DNA of 64,000 bases from Candidatus Omnitrophota bacterium (lineage in GTDB: Bacteria > Omnitrophota > Gorgyraeia > Gygaellales > Profunditerraquicolaceae). Each line of letters begins with the position of its first letter. The stretch's first letter is position 1. Both the position numbers and the translations under genes were made by a program. Of this stretch, positions 58,051 through 64,000 are shown piece after piece. The notes below the pieces were generated by a model that was not told where the DNA came from, searched no databases, and was given only the letters and a program-made list of their open reading frames with translations. The DNA lies in NCBI GenBank assembly GCA_003598025.1, contig QZKH01000003.1, positions 311,218-375,217 on the forward strand, written 5' to 3'.

Positions 58051-59124
58051 AAAATTAATACTGGCGCCTGAAGTGACGACAAAATCTCTGGAATTTAACT
58101 GCTGCAGCTTAATAAATACTCTACTATCTTTGCCGAAAACCCCCCTTACGCCTAAATTTAACTTCATGCCCAAGGATTTGCCCTCTTTGGAAAGCAGCTC
58201 AATGACTATCTCATTGTTATCTCCTAGTCTAAAATTTGACCCGAATTGGATTAACTTAACCTGGCTATCACCGTATTTAACCTCAAACGATAACCCGGTT
58301 TTTCTAAAAAGCTTCCAAATCCCATAAATAGATATGATTTTATATTGATTATCCTTCTTAGATAACCCTGCACCTAAGCGATATTTAATACAACCATCTT
58401 TGGGATAAAGATTCGGGCTTTCTAACTGTACTTTGAATTCAAGACCGCTATCCCTTGAATCAGCAAGTATATATTTTAACCTGTTGGTTGCATCAATGCT
58501 CCAGAATCCGTCAAATGCAATTTCATGATATGACTTTTTCTTGGTCTTAAGCTCCCTTCGATTGTAACTATATGAAATATTCTGGTTATCATTCAACTGC
58601 CAGGAATTCTTTAAAACAATACTACTGTCCCTTTTTGTAGCCACTTCAAAAGTGAGCCGGTTCTTTTTGTCCGCACACCAGAGGCCGGTGATGGCCATTA
58701 AATAAAAATGGCCCAAATAAAACTTATGTACCGATGTTTTATCCGGGCCGAGATTATTAAAATAAACGCCCTTTTCCTCTACAGTCTTGATTTCAAATCT
58801 CAGACTGTTATCATTGACGGCGAGTATATCGCCTTTTAAAACAAGCCTCTGAAGCCTGCCGTTTTCTTTCGAGCCCGTAACGGTAAATACCAGGTTATGG
58901 TCTTTATCCAGGCTCCATCTGCCTTCAAATTCGATTTTCGAAGGGAGATTCTCCTTTATCCTCCAGCGGTTTGGTTCATTAAGCTCATATATAAGATTAT
59001 TATTCTTATCGGCCTTGAATCTGCCGTTTACCGTTATGGCCCTTTTGGATCCGGGCTTTTTGATTATCAAACGGTTATTATTATCTACGGAATAAATCGG
59101 CATTAATTGCTCCGGCAGCTGCAT
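58048..59124 (-). CDS. hypothetical tandem-repeat protein
   Basis: 358 aa with at least four ~40-aa repeats of the form G-x-W-x-x-D-x-x-N-R-L-x-F (GRWSLDKDHNLVF, GLWCADKKNRLTF, GFWSIDATNRLKY, GIWKLFRKTGLSF). There is no signal peptide. It ends in ...ASINF. Confidence 0.4.
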   Translation of the reverse strand: MQLPEQLMPIYSVDNNNRLIIKKPGSKRAITVNGRFKADKNNNLIYELNEPNRWRIKENLPSKIEFEGRWSLDKDHNLVFTVTGSKENGRLQRLVLKGDILAVNDNSLRFEIKTVEEKGVYFNNLGPDKTSVHKFYLGHFYLMAITGLWCADKKNRLTFEVATKRDSSIVLKNSWQLNDNQNISYSYNRRELKTKKKSYHEIAFDGFWSIDATNRLKYILADSRDSGLEFKVQLESPNLYPKDGCIKYRLGAGLSKKDNQYKIISIYGIWKLFRKTGLSFEVKYGDSQVKLIQFGSNFRLGDNNEIVIELLSKEGKSLGMKLNLGVRGVFGKDSRVFIKLQQLNSRDFVVTSGASINF

Positions 59125-60611
59125 TTGCCCCTTTTAAAATCAGCTATATGCCCTATTACCTTCTTTGCGGCCATAAAATAGTATTTTAAATCATCCAGAT
59201 CCCTGATTGAGATTAGTTTCCTGAATATAAATTCCGGAGAAAGTGAAATCTTATACATGTATTCAACCATTTCTTTAAGTTTGTCGTCGCTGATCAAAGT
59301 TTTCATCACAGGCTTAGTCATATCATAGTCATCCCAATCCGAATACTTCAGCCAACCGTTAGATCTGCATTCATCAAAGAGCATGGAGCCCGGATAAGGG
59401 ATCACAATAGTTGCCTGCATAGTATAAGCATAACCTTTTAGCAACAGCCATCTGCCTAATTTTAAAGTCTTAACGGCATCATCGTACGTCTCCCACGGAT
59501 AGCCGAACATTATAGTGATGTGTGGATACAGGCCTGCACGCCTTGCATCTTTACAAGAAGTTATTATTTCCTCAACCTTCAAATTTTTATTAATCCGGTC
59601 AAGTGTGCTTTGGTTTGCTGATTCTATTCCAAATAGAAGCAGGCGGAAACCCGCGCTCTTCATGCTTTTATATTCCTCAAAATTTAAGGCGCCAAAACGC
59701 ATATTGCAATCAAAATAAACATCTTTATTATAACCTCTCTGCCTGGCCCCATTACAAAAGTCGCTAAGCCAACTTCCCGTAGGAAGGCTTCCTGAATCAT
59801 CCATTATTTCTTTCACGCCGTATTTATCTATCAGTATCCCGACCTCATCTAAGACGCTGTTAACGCTGCGGCTCCTAAACCTGGGATAAAGGGTAGGCCA
59901 ACTACAAAATGTGCATTTGCCCCACCAGCAATCTCTGGCTGACATTATGTACGTCCCGGGTTTTAGCTTATAATTTCCGTTCTTAAACGCATAATTTCTC
60001 CATTTAGTTAAATCCCGGTCGATAAACGGGATGTTGTCTAATTCGTGGTCAAGCTTAAACTTGCCGGTATTGCTTATACGGTTATCATCTCTATACCAAA
60101 TCCCCGCCTCAAGCTTTGTTATCGTGCCGGAGTTTAACGAAAAAGTGCTGCTCTTTGCGATTAAATTACACAAGTTAAGCAAAAGGAAATCATAATCTCC
60201 TCCCGTCAGAATAAAATCTACCTTACAATTCAGCATAGACTCTTCAGGAAGCGCTGTTACATGGTCGCCGAATAATACAGTTTTTACCTTTTTGCCGTCT
60301 ATGCTTAACGAGCTCAGTTCGTCAATCATCTTCCAGTGCTGCTTTACTACCGGGGTCTTGGTTTCAAAAGCTATCAGGTCCGGTTTCTCTTTTTTTATAA
60401 TCTCGATAAATTCTTGCCGTGAAATATTCTCAGCAATAGAATCCAGCCACAAAACATCATAGCCGTTTCTCTTTAGTAAAGTCGCGGCCTGGGCAGGGAC
60501 CACAGGATAAATATAAGTAGGCTCAGTGAAATACTGGAATTGCCTGTTTTGACCCAGGGTAGGATATCCTTTCGCTGATATTAATGGCGGATAAGCTATT
60601 ATTACTTTCAA
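59103..60611 (-). CDS. B12-binding radical SAM enzyme (class B), non-canonical Cys spacing
   Basis: 502 aa. There is an N-terminal B12-binding-like domain. The cluster is SARDCWWGKCTFCS (C-x4-C-x2-C). FGIESANQ is a radical SAM core block. Confidence 0.75.
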   Translation of the reverse strand: MKVIIAYPPLISAKGYPTLGQNRQFQYFTEPTYIYPVVPAQAATLLKRNGYDVLWLDSIAENISRQEFIEIIKKEKPDLIAFETKTPVVKQHWKMIDELSSLSIDGKKVKTVLFGDHVTALPEESMLNCKVDFILTGGDYDFLLLNLCNLIAKSSTFSLNSGTITKLEAGIWYRDDNRISNTGKFKLDHELDNIPFIDRDLTKWRNYAFKNGNYKLKPGTYIMSARDCWWGKCTFCSWPTLYPRFRSRSVNSVLDEVGILIDKYGVKEIMDDSGSLPTGSWLSDFCNGARQRGYNKDVYFDCNMRFGALNFEEYKSMKSAGFRLLLFGIESANQSTLDRINKNLKVEEIITSCKDARRAGLYPHITIMFGYPWETYDDAVKTLKLGRWLLLKGYAYTMQATIVIPYPGSMLFDECRSNGWLKYSDWDDYDMTKPVMKTLISDDKLKEMVEYMYKISLSPEFIFRKLISIRDLDDLKYYFMAAKKVIGHIADFKRGKCSCRSN

Positions 60612-61573
60612 TTTTCTTCCTTAAGCTTTTTGGCTAACAGACCCTTTAAAAAAAAGGCTCCGTAGGTTAAATGGGTAGCAATAACCCCGAAAAAAACACA
60701 AGGGGACATCAGGACCTGTTTTTTAATGCTGAATGCAAGCACGATAAGGGCATAAAGAGCTGCGCCCGATAAAAATAAAAACCTGAAATGAATGCTAAAG
60801 ATTGAAATAATAGCACCGATTGCTAACCCAAGAGTAAGAATTGATGGCAGGAAATATGCAGGTTTTAATGAATTCTCCGGGAACCTTTTTACAAAATAAC
60901 CCCGGTGAAGCGCATAACTGGCTATCTGCCTTAAATGAGGTATGAATAACGGTCTGCGATGATGCCAAACAAGGACTTCCGGGTCATAAACGATCTTTCT
61001 GCCGCTTTTAATTATGTCCAGACAAAGCTTCGTATCTTCTCCCGGCCAAAAGGCGGTATTAAACCCTCCTAACTCCAATAATACTTGCTTGCGTACAAAT
61101 AAATTACACGAAGGGAAATCATCTACTTCCTGCTTTTTTCCAGGCACATATCTGTATTTGTAACTGCCGCTGACAACTATTGAAGAATACACTAAACCGC
61201 TGGCCCTCTGCATAAAACTATCCTTATCGGGCGTAACAGCCGGTCCGCCGACCGCAGCAACATCAGGATTGTCAAAATTCCTTACAGCGTTCTTCAGCCA
61301 ATCTCTGCACGGATATGTGTCATCGTCCAGGAACGCGATAATCTGGCCTTTGGCATGCTTTAAACCCATATCCCTTTTAAGTCCGGGGTTAACCGGACCA
61401 GTGGGTATTATGCTTACCGGGACAGCTATATCCAAAGGTATGCCACCCTGAAAGCTCTGATCGGGGAGGATCAAAATCTCAAAGTCAGCGTAATCCAGGC
61501 ACTTGCAACTATCTACGCATTCTTTTAAATTCTTTTGCCATGTTTTTACGGCGATAATAATCGATACGGTCAT
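60608..61573 (-). CDS. GT2 glycosyltransferase with C-terminal TM helices
   Basis: VSIIIAVKT and FLDDDTYP are present, and the C-terminal 90 aa are hydrophobic. Confidence 0.75.
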   Translation of the reverse strand: MTVSIIIAVKTWQKNLKECVDSCKCLDYADFEILILPDQSFQGGIPLDIAVPVSIIPTGPVNPGLKRDMGLKHAKGQIIAFLDDDTYPCRDWLKNAVRNFDNPDVAAVGGPAVTPDKDSFMQRASGLVYSSIVVSGSYKYRYVPGKKQEVDDFPSCNLFVRKQVLLELGGFNTAFWPGEDTKLCLDIIKSGRKIVYDPEVLVWHHRRPLFIPHLRQIASYALHRGYFVKRFPENSLKPAYFLPSILTLGLAIGAIISIFSIHFRFLFLSGAALYALIVLAFSIKKQVLMSPCVFFGVIATHLTYGAFFLKGLLAKKLKEEN

Positions 61574-62318
61574 AGTATTTTATAATATGCATCCTGTAAA
61601 ATATTGCCAGGGTATCCCAAAAAGTAGTTATCATTGCCTTTAAACCGATCCTGCCGAAAGGGCGCTTAGAATCCAGGACAATGGGAGCCTCCGCTATTTT
61701 GTATCCCAAATGGTTTGCGTTTGCTAATACTTCAAGGTCAAATGCAAATTTTTTTACCAGTATCCTGGGGAATACCGCCTTTAAAACTTGTGTTTTAAAA
61801 AGCTTAAGCCCGGTCTGGGTATCATGACAGGGCAAATTGAACAAAAGCTTTATTATCAGATAGTAAATATAACTTATTATCCTGCGGTAAAATGGGTAAT
61901 TTACCAGGGAATTTGGGTGCAATTTTGAACCAATAACGATATCTGCATTATCAAGTTTCATTATATCAAATAGTGTCTGGACCTGAAGCGGATGGAGGTC
62001 CATATCAGCATCGATAAATACTACATAGTCGCCGTTAACATAATGAAAAGCTTTCTTCAATGCCCTGCCTTTGCCCACGTTAAAAGGGTTTTTCCTGACA
62101 ATGACCCTGCCGTTATGCTTTTCTTCTATCGATTTTAAAATATCATATGTATTATCGGTTGAGCCGTCATCAAGGATTACAAGTTCCCACTTGCAGCCGA
62201 AATTATCAAATGTTTTAATAGTTTCGTTAATGCTGGCAAAAATATTCTCTGCTTCGTTATAAGTCGGCATCACTATAGATACCAGACCGTCAATGTTTCT
62301 CATTTTTACGGAAAGCAA
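61509..62318 (-). CDS. GT2, DPM1-like polyprenyl-phosphate sugar synthase
   Basis: VSIVMPTYNE, ILDDGSTDNT and FIDADMDL are present. It overlaps the downstream gene by 65 nt. The start may instead be the internal Met at 62303. Confidence 0.8.
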   Translation of the reverse strand: MLSVKMRNIDGLVSIVMPTYNEAENIFASINETIKTFDNFGCKWELVILDDGSTDNTYDILKSIEEKHNGRVIVRKNPFNVGKGRALKKAFHYVNGDYVVFIDADMDLHPLQVQTLFDIMKLDNADIVIGSKLHPNSLVNYPFYRRIISYIYYLIIKLLFNLPCHDTQTGLKLFKTQVLKAVFPRILVKKFAFDLEVLANANHLGYKIAEAPIVLDSKRPFGRIGLKAMITTFWDTLAIFYRMHIIKYYDRIDYYRRKNMAKEFKRMRR

Positions 62319-63546
62319 TTAAAAACATTATTGTTAAAAGAATTACCGAATTTATACATACGATCCATTGTACCTGAAAAATGCTCTCATGGAACAAAAT
62401 TATTAAAATATTCTGAGATAAAACTGCAATAATAAGATATTTAATGAAACGCAGGTCCTTGACCGATAAAAAGTACGAGATCATTAAATACACCATGCTA
62501 TAAGCTGTCATCGAAAGGCTGAATATTCTTCCCAGAGCAATAGTCTGGCTGTAGGTTTTTCCCGTAAGCATCCTTAGGGTAAACTCAGGCATGATGTTAT
62601 AGAATATTAGCCCGCAAAGGCATAACAAAAATACATATCGCAGGCTCTTGTTAAGAGTTGATTTAGTATCGAGGTTCATCGCCTTAAGGCCGCTTGTTTT
62701 AGGGAACATTACCAGGCTTATTGCCGCAGGCATAAATAGGAATATCTTGCCTACCATCTGCGCCAAAGAATATAATCCGGAATCGGCAGGATTAAAATAA
62801 TGCTTAACTAGCACCATGTCGGAACTTATTAAATTCATGTAACAAAATTGGCTTGCTGCCACCGGTAGCAAAAAGATCAATAGGCCCTTATAATCCATGC
62901 TTGCAAAATGTCTGCCTTGGGATAAACGGATATAACTGCGCAGCGGAATATAATAAATGATTATTATAAATAAGCTTGATATAAAAAATGCACCCAGCGC
63001 TCCATTTATGCCAAAACCTAATGAAATAAGCATAAATCCCAGAAAAAGCTTGATAAGACTGCCTGAGATTGAACCGGCAGTAAGCCAATTAAAAAACTCC
63101 ATACCCTGCACCCCGCCGTATACCACAGGAGCAAACCAGGCCAGAGAAATAATGGCTGCCAGAATATATCCCGGGGCTAAAGAATCTATTTTAAGAATAT
63201 TGATTATAAATGGGCAGGCTAAAATAAAAATTATTAGCGTTACAAATGCTAATAAGTATGTTTTTCTTATCAGACCTGAGAATAAATCAATGATCTTATC
63301 CTTGGCATTTTGCGCTTTAAATTCAGAAGAAAATTTAGCTATCGCAAGCTGGAGGGTGCCTATGGGTGAAGATATTATCAGGAAAATCGACAGTAACGAA
63401 TTAAAAGCGGCAAATTCAGCGGCGCTTAGTTTATGTGCGATAAGCAGCTGATAAAGCAGATTAAAGAAATTGACTAAAGAAGTCCCGGCAAATACAATTA
63501 GTATATTTTTGCTGAAAGTATCTGCCCTTTTTATCCTATTTATCAT
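62290..63546 (-). CDS. Wzx-type flippase / MOP-family polysaccharide biosynthesis protein (third)
   Basis: 418 aa with about 12 TM helices. The N-terminus is Wzx-like. Confidence 0.6.
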   Translation of the reverse strand: MINRIKRADTFSKNILIVFAGTSLVNFFNLLYQLLIAHKLSAAEFAAFNSLLSIFLIISSPIGTLQLAIAKFSSEFKAQNAKDKIIDLFSGLIRKTYLLAFVTLIIFILACPFIINILKIDSLAPGYILAAIISLAWFAPVVYGGVQGMEFFNWLTAGSISGSLIKLFLGFMLISLGFGINGALGAFFISSLFIIIIYYIPLRSYIRLSQGRHFASMDYKGLLIFLLPVAASQFCYMNLISSDMVLVKHYFNPADSGLYSLAQMVGKIFLFMPAAISLVMFPKTSGLKAMNLDTKSTLNKSLRYVFLLCLCGLIFYNIMPEFTLRMLTGKTYSQTIALGRIFSLSMTAYSMVYLMISYFLSVKDLRFIKYLIIAVLSQNILIILFHESIFQVQWIVCINSVILLTIMFLIAFRKNEKH

Positions 63547-63558
63547 TACAGGGTTTTA

Positions 63559-64000
63559 TTATAAGATTATCCGCAAAAACCTTCTGCTTCCAATCTTTAA
63601 TATTCCTTCGCCCGAAATAACAAAATTATCGCTTTCTACCTTTTTGCCGTTAAAAAATATTGCACCTTGCTTAATTAGCCTGCGCGCTTCGTTTCCGCTT
63701 GCAACCAGGCCGCATTCTACCAATACTGCTAAAACATTCTTGGTTTGTGATATTTTGTATTCAGGCATATCAGCGGGCGTTTCCTTATTGCTGAAAACTT
63801 TATTAAATTCAATACATGCGGACTTCGCAGCCTTTTCGCCATGGAATTGCGATACGATTAACTGCGCTAAGTTCTCTTTTGCCTCTTTAGGATGCATATT
63901 TTTAGCTTGAGCTATATCAAAGTCAGTAAGAAGCTCGTAGTACTTGGACATCATCTCATCTGATAGTGACATTATCTTACCAAACATCTCAGAAGGACCC
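63559..64000 (-). CDS. tyrS: tyrosine--tRNA ligase, C-terminal part (gene continues beyond window end)
   Basis: The C-terminal S4-like RNA-binding domain is present (RRLIKQGAIFFNGKKV). The ORF runs off the right edge, and the Met at 63987 is internal. Confidence 0.8.
   Translation of the reverse strand, partial: GPSEMFGKIMSLSDEMMSKYYELLTDFDIAQAKNMHPKEAKENLAQLIVSQFHGEKAAKSACIEFNKVFSNKETPADMPEYKISQTKNVLAVLVECGLVASGNEARRLIKQGAIFFNGKKVESDNFVISGEGILKIGSRRFLRIIL

Noticed and set aside
67-63910. All plus-strand ORFs in the supplied track (for example 67..327, 617..883, 2872..3285, 9716..10108, 15788..16303, 41308..41904, 62957..63451, 63470..63910).
   Set aside because: Every one lies antisense inside a well-supported minus-strand gene. 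They have low-complexity or Ser/Leu/Pro-rich translations and no motifs. These are shadow ORFs, typical of AT-rich sequence with absolute strand bias.
1-64000. CRISPR arrays, tRNA/rRNA genes, insertion sequences, integrases, toxin-antitoxin or defence-system genes.
   Set aside because: None were recognised. There are no direct-repeat/spacer arrays and no cloverleaf-compatible segments in the few short gaps. No transposase or integrase signatures appear. No terminal inverted repeats flank any segment.

Overview
This 64 kb window is AT-rich and extremely gene-dense. About 58 ORFs are all encoded on the minus strand, and many share 1-4 nt start/stop overlaps (TAATG/ATGA), which suggests translational coupling within one or a few long operons. 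The plus-strand ORFs in the track are short shadow ORFs inside minus-strand genes and are not called.

The content is a very large cell-surface glycan (LPS, capsule or S-layer glycan) assembly locus:
- dTDP-sugar genes rmlA-rmlD-rmlB (no rmlC), gmd, a SemiSWEET and several NDP-sugar epimerases/dehydratases.
- A DegT-family aminotransferase plus candidate amide-forming and transfer enzymes (ATP-grasp, AsnB-like amidotransferase, GNAT, FemAB-like), a CE4 deacetylase and an SGNH hydrolase.
- At least 11 glycosyltransferases, including four DPM1-like polyprenyl-phosphate sugar synthases, three GT-C-like polytopic transferases and a flippase-like protein.
- Three Wzx-type flippases, two O-antigen-ligase/Wzy_C proteins, and a WecA-like initiating transferase fused to a WbaP-type N-terminal domain.

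Embedded in it (about 51-58 kb) is a phosphonate biosynthesis module headed by a MarR-type regulator:
- A Fom1-like bifunctional cytidylyltransferase-PEP mutase, a phosphonopyruvate decarboxylase and an Fe-alcohol dehydrogenase that would reduce phosphonoacetaldehyde to 2-hydroxyethylphosphonate.
- Two alkaline-phosphatase-superfamily enzymes with Ser/Thr nucleophiles flank this core.
- Elsewhere in the locus are four B12-binding radical SAM enzymes (the Fom3/GenK class), one SPASM radical SAM, several SAM methyltransferases and a variant CDP-alcohol phosphotransferase.

Together this points to a CMP-activated, probably C-methylated, phosphonate decoration of a surface glycan. Fosfomycin-type nucleotide chemistry here sits inside a glycan assembly line rather than an antibiotic cluster.

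The right edge carries the 3' end of tyrS. No rRNA, tRNA, CRISPR or mobile elements were recognised. The organism cannot be named from sequence alone; the features suggest an uncultivated or anaerobic lineage.
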